64,000 nucleotides of DNA, taken from the NCBI GenBank assembly GCA_964304625.1, contig OZ199840.1:9408882-9472881 (forward strand), written 5' to 3'. The stretch is from Kudoa neothunni. Lineage: Eukaryota > Animalia > Cnidaria. Position numbers and translations under genes: made by a program. The stretch's first letter is position 1, and each line of letters begins with the position of its first letter. Below are positions 27,901 to 39,953 of the stretch, piece by piece. The notes beneath the pieces are model-generated. The model saw only the letters and a program-made list of their open reading frames with translations. It made no database searches and was not told the DNA's origin.

Positions 27901-28664
27901 AAGCCATTCCTATGAAGGACCAAGAAGCACATACTGTGGTCAGGAAGTTAACGGGTGCTGTATTTTCAAAATTTGGACTCCCATCGGTAATTCACACTGA
28001 CCAAGGAACAAATTTTGAATCGAAACTTTTTCAAAATATGTGTAAAATGTTCGGCATATCAAAAACAAGAACATGTGCATTTAACCCAAAATCGGATGGG
28101 ATGGTAGAAAGACTGAATCGAACGTTGATTGATATGGTGAGCAAGCTTGTCCATAAGGACAACGAGTGGGATACCTTATTACCTACAGTGATGATGGCTT
28201 ACCGATCATCAACCCATAGTTCAACTGGATATTCTCCAAATTATTTGATGCTGGGAAGGGAAGTACGAACACCACTTGAAACGATATCTCAACTAAACGC
28301 ACATAATTATTCACATGATGACTATGTTAAATGCATTGGAACTGATCTGAGACTGGCGAAACAAATTGCATTGGATAACCTCAAAGCTAATTTGGGCAGG
28401 ACTAAGACTGCCTACAATAAAAAAGCCTATGGAAAACCTTATAACCCAGGTGAAAAAGTTTGGTTGGTCATTAATAATAGACAAAGTAAATTGGAACCAT
28501 ATTACAAAGGCCCCTACGTAGTTAAAGAAAAATTGTCTGACTCTGTCTATAGACTAGAGGGACAAGGTAAAGTTTTGGTGACTAATTTTGATAAATTAAA
28601 ACCGTTCATTCAACGACGGTTGATAGAAGACAATTTTGAAGAGGATGCAATGTTACCAAGGTGA
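24903..28664 (+). CDS. Single-frame Gag-Pol polyprotein, 1253 aa
   Basis: CCHC knuckle CFKCGQKGHIKNNC, protease LIDTGA, RT MPFGL/YLDD, RNase H DTDAS/ELLA/TDH, integrase HHCC plus IAID/TDQG/VERLN and a GPY motif; no internal stop. Confidence 0.97.
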   Translation: MASMHAANIGAVAKVEPFNGRNVDAWIAKLEILLLHDGILPERWTLELLVLLSADVFQIVQEAGYTINSSYHEIKAYLTARFGEKKDRYVAQRELVDCVQREGQTITEFAEEIRRKTRLAHSNIPENAKEEIAKNQFIHGLSNSETKRTLLVKDFESFDLVYQFAERLEFAASKFNTRAENGRNEVLAMDSQNIIQRLIDRLDELEKTLVKKKKTLRCFKCGQKGHIKNNCKLYKSSGFKYVDFLFLHCHINGKDIRALIDTGAQVSLVSLSFVNKSGIPLLRTKDELPLVAATGNRLNIKGTIDVSLQYNGKECRQKLLVVENLIHDCIIGLNILKVWNFELIIDSERISNNVEKPIIAPVIGNCGIKSMTRKVAVVHKIDTNNTKPIKDFKRRIPYHKRKQMNEIISSMLERGIIEESNSDWAFNSVLVPKKNGKWRLCVDYRRLNAVTVKDSYPLPRIDDVMDTLGNANVFTVLDLKDGYHHIPIDIKDKQKTAFYGVDGLYQFVKMPFGLCNAPATFQRMINLILKECIGVCCLVYLDDIIIFSKDLETNKNDVRKIVTLLELYNLKINNEKSVYYKSEVTFLGHVINADGIKPDKNKVKAIKNWPTPTKIVELQCFLGLLNYYRRFIDKFSQISNPLCRLLRNDVPWNWSPECQKSFDMLKKKLMECVLLAHPNWNESFILDTDASNQSIGAVLSQVIDGEERVVAFASRSLLDRERNYSVTRKELLALVHFINHFKFYLHGKKFLARTDHHALKWLLSFKKPEGQVARWLEHLSQYEFDVVYREGKMHGNADALSRVPEITQALALSIQGLSNDVIINRQRNDAILNKIIGWIESNRMPKKVPKELDKRIQTLWLLRKCLRLDNSILCREFVDPKTKEVTLRVVIPESLKSMILELAHDNVTSGHLGHEKVAQNIRRNYYWPLQNVDIKNWCQSCEICARRNRPTRKFVSEMDTSVSSYPMERIAIDMVGPLPTTYKGNRFICVVQDYFTKWGEAIPMKDQEAHTVVRKLTGAVFSKFGLPSVIHTDQGTNFESKLFQNMCKMFGISKTRTCAFNPKSDGMVERLNRTLIDMVSKLVHKDNEWDTLLPTVMMAYRSSTHSSTGYSPNYLMLGREVRTPLETISQLNAHNYSHDDYVKCIGTDLRLAKQIALDNLKANLGRTKTAYNKKAYGKPYNPGEKVWLVINNRQSKLEPYYKGPYVVKEKLSDSVYRLEGQGKVLVTNFDKLKPFIQRRLIEDNFEEDAMLPR
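24929..24937 (+). promoter_or_regulatory. tRNA primer-binding site (tRNA-Ser-like)
   Basis: TGGCGCAGT is complementary to a ...CUGCGCCA tRNA 3' end. The Ser assignment is inferred from typical eukaryotic acceptor ends. Confidence 0.65.
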
Positions 28665-28750
28665 TTATTAGTAATCAACCGTTTAGTATTCCTAGTTCGA
28701 TATATATATCGTAGCTTTTTATAATATGGCCTCTATGCATGCAGCTAACA
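28651..28750 (+). repeat. 3' LTR (100 bp)
   Basis: Identical to the 5' LTR; contains the ORF stop codon (28662-28664) and is preceded by a short purine tract GAAGAGGA. Confidence 0.95.
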
Positions 28751-30643
28751 ATATAATAGTTTAATTTAATAAGGAGCGTTTTCATTCGCGAGCAAATAAA
28801 AGCAAACATCATAAAAAACATAATACCAAATAAAAAGAACTAATGTGATTTATGAAGCTGGCAGTTATCATTAATAATTTTTTCAAAATCGAGTGAAGAT
28901 TGGAGTCTGTGATCATCGCTCTATTTTGAGACTTGTTTATTTTCATTACAGAGCATGTTTTCTCACATATGTATGTTGATGCAAAAATAACAAACATTCT
29001 TTTAGTAAAACTTCTTAAATTAGGGAATTTATCGTTGTTGAGAGCAAAGTAAAGTCACTTTCGATTAATCTAAAATCGGAAAATCTTCTGGCCAACTCTT
29101 CTTTTAACCCTATTAGCTGAGAACTATAGTTATCACATAATGTTTTTGGGGGTTTTGAACCTTCAATGTTAGAAAATGGACAAAGTTTTGATTTATAAGT
29201 TGATTGGAAAATAGTTTAAGTTTTATTTGGAAGGATTTAACTTCCAAATATAACTCGTGAACAAATAAGCCTTCCCTTGTAACTTTTCATTCAAGTCATT
29301 CATCTTTCCATTATATCTACAGCGAATGCGAAATCACATAACCATGCACGATTTTTGATTTTATCAACAAAATCGCAACTAATGTCCGTTTCGTTTAAAA
29401 GGAGGGAAATTTCGGTTTTCAGGATCCATATTTAACCATCGTACATTAGTATAATAGAGTTGTTGGTCTTATCACATTAACAGCACACACACTACAGGGT
29501 CCAAAACATGATTAAATTTCAATGAAGATTTCCACAAATTTTCTTGGAGTATAATACAATGAAATGACATAATTTTGTGTGATGGAAAATCTTCATTGAT
29601 TTTATCATTCATCAGTTTTATTAGCCCAGAGTGTTTTCCCACGAGTGAAGGCGCTCCATCAGTAATGACACTGGTGAGTTTGTCCAAGCTTAAACCAGAA
29701 CCGTTCCAACTATTCATAACGCTATCGAAAAAATCTGTCTCAGTTGTGGTATTAAAAAGGATTCAAGTGATAAGAGCTCCTCGGAAATTTCGAAATTATG
29801 GTCAATCCCTTTTACAAAAATGAGTAGTTGAGAGGTATCGGTAGCATCTGCACTTTCGTCCAAAGCAATAGAATAGTACTCAAAGTTGGCAATTTTGTTC
29901 GAACAAAATTTCTTGTGCATTTCGAGGAATATTTTCAATTCGTGAATAATTGTTCTTTGTGATTGAGGAATAGCTTCAATTTTCGAGATGACTTCAGTGC
30001 ACACAACATTAACAATATCCATAAAACAATCTTTAATTAACTCCCCATCCGAGAATGCCTTGTTATGTTTTGCGAGTTTGTTGGGAAGTATAAAGCTAGC
30101 CGTCGTTGCATCTCTTTGTATGGATGTTGCTCTTCAACATGAATTTTGTTGGGGTTTTAAATTTTATACCATATCAGATGCCTTCTTTTTCGATTCTTCC
30201 TGTGACAAACTGCATCCAAAATTGGAATGTTTGGTTTGATAATGGGGGTTCAAGTCGTATTCTTTGTACACAGCGATTGTATCACGGCCAATCAAACATA
30301 CAGCCTTATTATTGATGTTGGCAAAAAATACTTTTCAGTCCACTTGTGATTGGAATTTCGGCATTCGTCTTCAATTTTTCTTTTTTTAGATAGATTTAAA
30401 CTAGCTATCTCAATAAACTTTATATACTAAAGAAAGTTTCAGCAAAAATATAAAAGGAGTGACCGCTGTTTATAATGTCGTCTTTCGACATATTTTTCAC
30501 CTTTTTTTAAGGGCGGTATGTTTTGTTAGTTTACATCACTTAATTATGTTAAAAAATTTATCTCTGTGTATATGAAATCTAAAATAATTTGAATAGAAGA
30601 ATGTTCATCGATCAGTAGATCCATGAATAACGGTTAAACGAAG

Positions 30644-30671
<28 letters not shown>
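30644..30671. repeat. (TA)n microsatellite inside the hAT element
   Basis: About 14 TA units. Confidence 0.85.
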
Positions 30672-30674
<3 letters not shown>

Positions 30675-31983
30675 CGATTTTAAAAGTTGGTAGAAAATAA
30701 TTTATAGTGAGTTTATTATCTTACAATTAATTAGCTCCTGAGGGCAAATAAGGAGAAATTTTTAAATTTTGTTGACTAATGTTATCTATTAGATATTTGA
30801 GATCATTTTCAATACATATAGTCCTAATTTCGATGATCTCTTTATAGCTCAAACGTAAAAGTTAATATTTAGAAATTACATTACGATATGAAACGATTTT
30901 AAATGAAATTATTTGTTATTTTTTAACCATATTCTCTCTTAGAACGATTGTTTGTATCAATATTGTAATTTTAATATTTAATTCACTTGGACATGATATT
31001 TGTGATGAATTATTTTAAAACTATTAAATATAATGTATATTAAAGCTCTATAAACTAAAATAGCATTTTAATCGTGATGATTAGGTGCATAAATTAAAAT
31101 TTACTAGAAATAAAAACAAAATTTTGGCGACCGGTATTTGAGCCTATCGCAGGCCGTAGTTTGCCCATCCCTGTTATATTACTTCAATACAAAATATTTT
31201 TAATTTTCTGCACACGCACCAAAAGTACGTAAAATCGGTCAATGATGCATGTTTAGTAACTTTTCTCTGGTCCGTTCCAAAGGGATTACGGAACTCGATC
31301 ACCTACTGTATATTATTCAATTTTTATGTTCTTATCATGTACTTTATTTATTACGTTGATACTTTATATTTGTTAATCATTATAACAATATTATAAAATG
31401 TTTGTTATAATTTTAAATTCAATTATTAACTACATCATATAAGAATATTATCTGATTCATACTTAACAAAATAGAACTGATCGTAAACCGTATAAAGGGG
31501 ATGAAAATATTAAAATAAAAAAATATGCTATATCAACTGTAATCTACTATTTGTAGAAATATAGTTTTAATGCAAAAGTATGTTGTGATTTTTTTGATTG
31601 ATTAAAAAAATTCACAACTATCTACCTAACAACTGACGGCAACGAGCTCCCTATTTGTTTAATCCTTAAATTACCATTATTTTTATAAAGAGTCATGATA
31701 ATAATTAAAAACTGCACTGATAACAGTTACTTTTTAATATTTTAATTCATTGTTAAAATAAAATTATTCACTTTCTACAGGGACAATAGGCTAATAACAA
31801 ATTCGCTCTTTATGTGTGATATAAAAAAGATAAATATCTTGGTCCAACAAAGGAAAAATGCTACAGTTGACTTGGCTGTTAAACATTAAATACAACGAAA
31901 AAAAGGTTTCCACGCCAAGCATTGCTGTTACAACGTTCGCATTTATTTTATCACATGCGTACGCCGCTGCAGAAAAATTCCTT

Positions 31984-32756
31984 ATGTATGGTGGTGATAG
32001 GCGCAGACGAAATTATTCGGGGGTGTTTTTTCTCCTTCTCCAACTTTACAGCATAGGGATTGAATATATTCCACCACTTACCTTATTTTTAACCTCATGT
32101 CAAATAATATCCTTCTTGGATCTGTTTAACCTGGCACTCCCAACTAGTAAGGCTTGTTTAAGTGTTCAAAAGATATGGTTAGAGAGAGATTATCTAAGAT
32201 TCTATCTCGCTCCTTTCACACACGCAAACGATAACCATCTTTATTACAATATGTTGTCTTTTGTGTGGAAAGGAATCGATCTAGAAAATGCGTTTGGTTC
32301 TGTCCGTTTTGCAGCTTGTTTATCTATTCTTTTTCATTTAACTGGATTTATTCAACTTGCTATGCTTCACACTATGTTTTTTATCACATCTGATATTCAT
32401 TATTTGACTGAATGTTCTGTTGGATTCTCGGGAGTTATATTTGCATTGAAGGTTAAATCTAGGTTGTGTGGTTGATTTTATGTAATTATGAAGAGTAGGT
32501 TGTTTCGGCTATGAGATCTGAATTGGCTACAATGAATTTGGTTGGAATTTTTGCTGAATGTGCTATGTTATCCTTTCTTATTTCTGGTGTATCGTTCTAC
32601 GGTCACCTTGCTGGCATATTGGCCGGTTACCTCTATTCAAACCACTACTTCGTTCCACTTGAAAATTTGTTGATAGAGATATATGAACCAATTCACAAAT
32701 GTCTTGTTTCGCTATCCGGTTATGCTGAAGGAGAAGATGAAGATGAATATCGCTGA
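31984..32756 (+). CDS. RHBDD1: Rhomboid protease RHBDD1/RHBDL4-like, 2 exons (31984-32451, 32499-32756), 241 aa
   Basis: IPPLTL, R-F-Y-LAPFTHANDNHLYYNMLSFVWKG, catalytic GFSGVIFALK and SFYGHLAGILAGYLY; 47-nt phase-0 GT-AG intron. Confidence 0.9.
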
Positions 32757-33495
32757 GCATAACATTTTTTGATTTTTTTTCAAATTATATTGTCATTTCT
32801 TATGTAAATTATGATTTTCTAACTCATTTGGTAATTTCAGCCACAACTTGAATTTTTTTCTTTCAAATTATTCTAACCAACATAGATGTTTTAACTTTCT
32901 AACTAACAGCTAACAGCTAACAACTAACTTTGGGTATTTTAATTCGGTTATAATATTTTACTTACTATTTCGAAAAATCTGATATTTATGTTATTCTCGT
33001 TGATTCAACATGTTTACAACTTGTTAAATGTTGAAAAAGAATTAAAAATTTGCCCTCTGACGAAATAGGGGTCTTTGGACATCGGATTTTTATTTTTGTT
33101 ATAGTTAATAAAAAAAAATTCAACATGTCTCGCAAATTTTGAGAAACTTCTGCCGGCAGAATTTTGAGAAAAAGATGATTTATTGAACCAGTTAATCTTC
33201 TCAAATCTATTTCGTACAAATTCGCCGTAAGTTCAAATAAAGTATAATCGTTGTTGCCTGCTTAGAATGTCAATTCTTAGACCTTTAATCAATTTTTGAT
33301 GTTTTATTATTCTTCTTCTACACTTCTAAATTTAACTAATTTTAATACGCGTTAAAGGTAAGATGGTACTTTGTACCAATAATTTTTTTAAATATATGGG
33401 TGCAGAGAATACTCTTCGGCAAATTGTGAAAAAACGCACTGCACAAAATTTTCTCTTCAGTATAAAGGTTTTATTCTAATCTATTGTCATTTTAA

Positions 33496-35110
33496 ATGAC
33501 TGTTAAAGATGAAATACTGTAATTACATTCCTGGTGAATTATTATCAGCGTGATTAAAAATGTTGGCAGTTCGAGCACAATGAGCAATTCTAAAGAATAT
33601 ATTAACGAATTAGAAAATTTTTTAATGTAAGTGTCTAAAGATCAATGGCATTTCTAACTGTGAACCGTGAACCCGTTGAGGACTTCACTACAGAATAAAA
33701 TGGAGTTGTTTGGATATTTAAAATGCCACCCACGTCGAGAGTTTCTATTGATAATATTATGGATTCTTATTTTACTCGCGCCACATACTTTACACAAAGA
33801 ATCCAGAATATTTTGGACTGTTCTATTATATTTCTCATGAGGAATATTTGAGATGAAATAACCGAACACACATGAATTTAGAAGAGGTCGCTTCAAGGGA
33901 TCTTTTACGATGCGGAGTTTAAAGCTTATTTGGGAACATCAATCTTCATGGCTTTTCACAAAGATAAATAAGAGCTTTTCAGCTATGGGGAAGAAAAAGA
34001 AGCATATTGGAAATTATTTTCCCACAATCTATTATCTATTATACGTTATCTATTGGGGAGGATATCAAGATTCCTTCATTTTGAATACTCAAACACAAAC
34101 TTAAACGAAGGGAATATGATAACTATTGTCCAATTTGTCATGTGTCGAATATGTGGTTTAAAATATTATAACTGTATTAACAATCAAACGAAAATATCAC
34201 TGTTGACGGGCAGTTGGTGCCATTTATAGCAAGTTATCCATTTAGGCAATATACGTCTTTGAAACCAAAAATATATGGTCATATGCTCTTCATATTTGCA
34301 GACCCCTTGAACAAATATGTGTTAATATCTCAGTGTATGTACACAAAAATAGAGATGGAGATAACTGAGGCTGCAGTGTCGGCGAAAACATTGTTCTATC
34401 TTTAACAATTCCACTTTACAACTCGGGAAGAACATCTGTTACCAATGATTTTTTACATCAATAAAATTGGCTTCAAAGTTAATGGAATAATGTTTTGCAT
34501 TCTTGGGGACGATTCACCATAATAAAAGAGACATACAGTCGCGTGTTCTTCCAAGCGAAAGCAGAGCTTTATATAGCTCTACATTTGAATTTCTAACAAA
34601 ACATGCTGACATCCTACGTCAATATATAGGGACAGGCCGTAATTATACTATCAACAGGAACCAACAATGAAAAATACAAGCCAGAAACTATCTTTCATTA
34701 CAACAGAACAAAAGGAGAGGTCAGCACAATAGACGGAATGCTGTCATCTGTTTCATTTGTTCCTTGTAACCGAAGATGGACAATAATGGGGTTTATAATA
34801 TGATGGACTTTTCATTAATAAATGTCTTTGCATTATAAAAATGAATCTTTGATGATGGAAGAAAATTGAGGAGTCCTTGCATGCAAGGAATTGCACATAC
34901 TCCATACGAACTATTATCAGTTTAAACCTAAAGGATTAAAGAGTAATTAAAATCCCTGATTCACGCCGTCCCCAAGAAGTCAAAATAATATAATTCAACC
35001 TGAATAAAATGTGTCGTACATTTTGTAATCGTCAAAATGACAAAAAATCGAAATCTCGATGAACTGGCTGCGGAGTATATTTTTGACGATTTCATTATTC
35101 AGACAAGTGT
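33496..35110 (+). pseudogene. Heavily decayed piggyBac transposase
   Basis: Fragments TVDGQLVPF...PFRQYTSLKPKIYG, YNRTKG and a C-terminal FCNRQNDKK, homologous to the element at 1574-3989. Boundaries approximate. Confidence 0.75.
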
Positions 35111-38100
35111 AATCAGTGTTTTAAATTAATATCTATTGATTTGAACATTAAATGTTTTTTTGTTATTTTATGTTTGTCACTTTCTCTATAACAGCGGTTC
35201 TTCTTAATTTGGAGTTCCGTGAATGATTTCCATGAAATCTGAATTAAATTTATCATCATTCATTATAATTAGGTATTTTTTAGTATTGCAGATTATGCAA
35301 GTAGAATGGTTACTCATTATACAAAAAACTATTATTGCGAGACCAGATGTCCATGCTGGTTATCGTAAAAACAAAGTCAAGAAATCGCTTTTATGCGCGT
35401 CGCTCTTTGAAATACTTTGTGAAAATTCTGTGAATTTATTGATAAAAAGCAACTACCAAAATCTCATTTAATATTCTTTTATTGTTTATTATTATATATG
35501 AGGAGTGTGTTTTTGTACGAAATTCGCGTTCTATTGTAAAATAATTCTTCCGTTTCGTAAACTCTTTGTTTTAATGAACATAATAAACAATAATTGAGAT
35601 TTTATATGAAAAAAATATTTCGATTATTGTAAGAGCATTTTTCACGTAGAAATTGTTTATGGATTTTACTTATAAACAATTACACATGAATAAATAATAA
35701 AAGATCAAATCTCATTATATTTTTTTATTTTAAAATATTATGGATCATTGTCTAAACTTTGTTAGAATTTTTTTAGTATCTAAAATAATTTATGTCAGTG
35801 ATTAAAAATTTCTAATATATATTTTAAAACAAAACCTCTATATAATTAATTTATATAATGAATATTTCAATAAAACTAACTTAAATTAGATAACTAATTT
35901 AAGTTAACCCTTTCGTTCCCATATTTTTCCTTTGTATCGAAAATTTTTTGAATTAAAATAATATAAATATTTTATTTTGTTAAAAATGAATAATTTAACA
36001 ATTGTTTTAAAGCTTTTTAATACGTCCACCAAAATGAACAATCGGAACGAAGGGATTAAAATATTTATGTGAATGGTTGGATTATGCATTAAAACAGGTG
36101 TGCACATCTTCCGGCCCTCAATGAGCTTTTTGTGATGCGCAATGAACCCTAATCAAGTTCAGGTTAATGGGATACTTTTAAATGAAATGAAAAAAGCACT
36201 CGATTATTTAACTTTAATTGGTTTTTCTCGATATTGAGTATATCGAGAACACCTAATGAAGTTACTAATAAAATTTATTGGAGTTTTTTGTTATATGCGA
36301 ACCATTAAGAACGAAACATCAAAAATCTCTCTAAATAGGCCAAAAAATGTCTTGCTATTATCCACTTCACCTCGTGATATAGCAACAACGTTTTTTAATC
36401 TAAGTTCATGTATCGATTTTAGTGATTTCTTTTTGAAAGTGTATGGAAGAGAAGAAAATAAAAAAGGTAGTACTGGGAGGATTTATGATTTAAAAATTCG
36501 CTTGACAATGATGACCTAAGATTAACTTCAGTTAAAATAAGATTAATAATTAAAGTACGTTTTATAAACGATGCGAAATTATAAAATATTCATATTGTGC
36601 GTGAAATTCAAACTTTATTAAAGCTTCTATAAGAAAAATAAATAAAAAGTAGAATAAAATTTGATACAAAGGATAAACGTCCGTTAAAGCTGATAATGAG
36701 CACATATTAATTAATGGGGAATTTAAACTGTATTTCACGTAATCGCACTCAACCATTTTACTCACCCAAAGTATATCTCATGTTTAATTCAGCTTATTTT
36801 TATTTTATTTCCAAGCTAAAATGACTGAAAAGCGACAAAAAAGTTTATGATAAGAATAGAAAATTTAATGACGCTTGGGCAGAAAAATATTGTTTTATTC
36901 TATAGGGACGAATATTATTCGTTCGCTATGTCATTCGCTATTCAATTTAAAACATTCACTAAACTTATTATCTATGAATTTATTCAAAGTGTGAACTATA
37001 ACTTTTGGTCTAAATTTTCTGGCCCTGGAAGTTTCCAAAGATTAAAATTCGGTCAGAGGCTCCAAAAGTTTGTGCTTCGCTGCATTAAAACAAGAAAAGT
37101 CCGTAATAAATCCATTGAACACTTTGGGGATCCTCAAGGAAGAATATTTAAGAACCACTGCTCCATAGTATGAATAATTAGGTGATTTTTTAAACGAAAA
37201 TTTATGAAACGCCACATAAGCCCACCGAATGAGAGTTGAAGGATTAATTGACGCAACGATTGGTCTTTTCCCCAAATTCTGTCCTTAAGAGTTTCTCAAA
37301 ATTCACGCCATTTTGGAATTTTTTTTAACTATCGTACAATAAAAATCAAGAAATGGGTATTGGTTAGAGTTTCTATGGATGTCACGTCGCGAGTGTGATA
37401 TATCGTGACAAGCGTAAAATGCGCCACGCTTCCTCACCACTCATTACGCTCAAATTTTTGGAGGCTATATAAGCTAGGGTTCGGCAAATAAACGAACGCG
37501 CTATATATAAAAAATAAACGTTTTTACGAAAAATAATACAAATAGAATCCTTGCTTCACCTTTAAATGCACTGTGAACTTAAACTTAGTTAAGTTAAATT
37601 TAAGAAAGTTACGGATTGGTTACGTTAATTATTGGGCTTAAGAGTATATCGAACTAAAGCTTTTTAGTTGAAGCTCTAAAGATCCTAGTTTTCTCATTTT
37701 TGCCGAAATCAATTAGTTTTTGATGTATAAATATCACTTTTAGCATTTTATAACTCCGTATGTCACGTCACATCGTGCTTACATTCTCGTTATCACGCAT
37801 AACGCTTATTTTATCGGGTTCATCCCTTTTCCATCACGTTCACGCTTTTTAGAAACTTTAGCATTGGCGCGATAAATAATACTCAGATGTCATTAATTCT
37901 GAGTATATTTAATTATTTGTGGCCACTAAGACTGAAACTGCAGGTCACAAATATTTAACAATAACAGATTTTAAAAAATGTGTTTGTAATCTTGTGATAA
38001 AGAGTTGCAGCTACGATAAAAAATTTCCGTTATGCAAGCGTACATGAAATTTAGGATTAAATTTACTGAGATATTCGCCTCTGTCTTCAATAAATTAGCT

Positions 38101-39953
38101 TAAACGTCTAAAGACCGTTCGTCGAAAACTTCAGTATGTGCCCATGGGGGTCGTTTTTGACCCCATCATTATTTTCTTATTTTATTGTGAAATTTACCCC
38201 TAAAGTTATTCTTGTAATTATTACTCACCACACCGCTATATTAACCGATTAGAAGTTTGCGTTAGAGGGAATAAAGTTGAGAAAAATGTAATTAATTCTT
38301 CGATTAAATATTATAAAAATCTTCATCCAAAAGCTTGTAATTCTAGGTTTCAAATATAAGTTTTATTGTATTTACATTGTTGAGAGTTTTTGAAGATAAA
38401 ATAACGTGGTTCAATCAAATATAGAAAAGAAATGAACACAAACGACCGTACAAGACATCAGTCATGATTTCCTGGAAGAGTCGTTAATCACAAATTAGAA
38501 ATTAGAAATTAAGGTTAAGTATGGATCATAGTTGTAAGTATTTGAGTATGTCTATACATTTAAAATGAATAAATTAAATATAAAAATAAATCACATTAAT
38601 TTCGGGGTATTCTAAAGAGAAAGCAGGTTTTGTCAAAGATAACATCAATCAGTTTCTAAACTACATGTCTGGCAACAAAAAAAGTTTTTTTTGAATCTGT
38701 GAGACGAGAAAATAGTTGTGTTGTAGATATAACACCGTATATTAGCTTTTTATTAATATTTCGTTAACAACATGCACATCGCGATCTTTTGCGTGGATCG
38801 TTGATTTCTGTGGATTAGATGTTTTGCCAATATCAATACATTTATTAAATAGTTCTGAACTATATTTTAAATGCAAATGATAATGATCCTTGAAAGTCTG
38901 GCCCAAATAGTCACCAATAAGTTAAGATGCCCCCCCCCCCCCCGAAGTTGATACACGTATACTGTAATTTAGCCCCAAATTATTGATATCTTTATCAAAA
39001 GGCATTCCTAAATATAAATTTTTTCTTAAATTAATCATCTAAAATGAAATAATATACTTTTTTTACCCCTAACGTTTAAAATACATATAGCCGATAATTC
39101 TTAATTTAATCTTACGACGTCATTGTAATCCTTCGATAGGAAAAACTAAAACATACAATTTGCACATTTATTGAACGTTTAATATATATTAATTGCGTTA
39201 ATTTTTATTTTTTTATATTGGCAATTTTAATATGGAGAACATGTGTTCAATTATACAAGCATTTTTCCTAGGATAAATTCCAATATTTTTCAAAATTTTG
39301 AGTTTATTTAGTATATGAACGTATTTTCTAGGATTAAGTGGATGTTGTACTGAAGTCTATGAGGTTTTCATTTATAAAAATAAGATTTACCAGAAATGGG
39401 GTCACGACGCACCCAGCCTGGTCCTGGGAGATTTAAAAAATTCGTTAAATAAAAAACAATTTTTGGCACATTTTATCATAAAACACAAATGTTTCCACCA
39501 ATATAGCTTAAAAATTACATCCATAATTTGTTTTCGTCCAAAAACAAACGAACATCACTAAATATCTTAGCGATAACAACCAATTTAAAATTATCAATAT
39601 AATTATATAACGCGATTAAAATAAAACAATTTATGATTTGGAGAAATAAATATTTTAGTAACCAATTAAATGCTACCAGGAAAAGCGGGTAATTCGCACT
39701 AGCAACCATTGGTGATTAAAGCTTGAATCCCAACAGAAAACACAGAATGAAATTAACCACAGAATTTCGAGGAATTCCTCGACACCTCCTTTTAAATCCC
39801 AAAATGAAAACAATGTCGCAGGACACAACAGACCGAAGCAAAAATTAAACCGGAAAAATGATGTGAAATACAAAAACCAAAGTACAATTTTTATAAACAA
39901 AATGACAAAAGCAAAATATTCAAGTGCACTAAATAAATAATGGAGCGCGGGAG

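Larger units (their letters stand above)
24828..28750 (+). mobile_element. Intact Ty3/Gypsy LTR retrotransposon, 3,923 bp
   Basis: Identical 100-bp LTRs (TGTTA...TAACA) at 24828-24927 and 28651-28750, 5-bp TSD ATATA, PBS TGGCGCAG 1 nt after the 5' LTR, domain order PR-RT-RH-IN. Confidence 0.97.
24527..31173 (-). mobile_element. hAT transposon (SPIN/GTF2IRD2-like), transposase pseudogene at about 28809-30400
   Basis: TIRs CAACGGTGGACAAACT / AGTTTGCCCATCCCTG and a perfect 8-bp TSD TTATATTA (24519-24526, 31174-31181). Fragments YYSIALDESADATDTSQLLIFVKG, VITDGAP, FHCIILQENL, FASTYICEK. Confidence 0.9.
23326..31308. mobile_element. Tc1/pogo-type non-autonomous element, outer shell of a nested insertion
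   Basis: TA|CAGTAGATAATCGATTTTCCGTA and inverted TACGGAACTCGATCACCTACTG|TA. An uninterrupted inverted copy begins at 62551. Confidence 0.7.

Noticed and set aside
31858-31983. 42-aa N-terminal extension of the rhomboid ORF
   Set aside because: Family resemblance begins at MYGGDRRRR (31984). The upstream ATG is unsupported, though not excluded.
35200-39500. Short ORFs and scattered palindromes (e.g. GGGGTCGTTTTTGACCCC, poly-C run)
   Set aside because: No coherent protein or matched termini; looks like fragmented MITE debris that cannot be delimited by eye.
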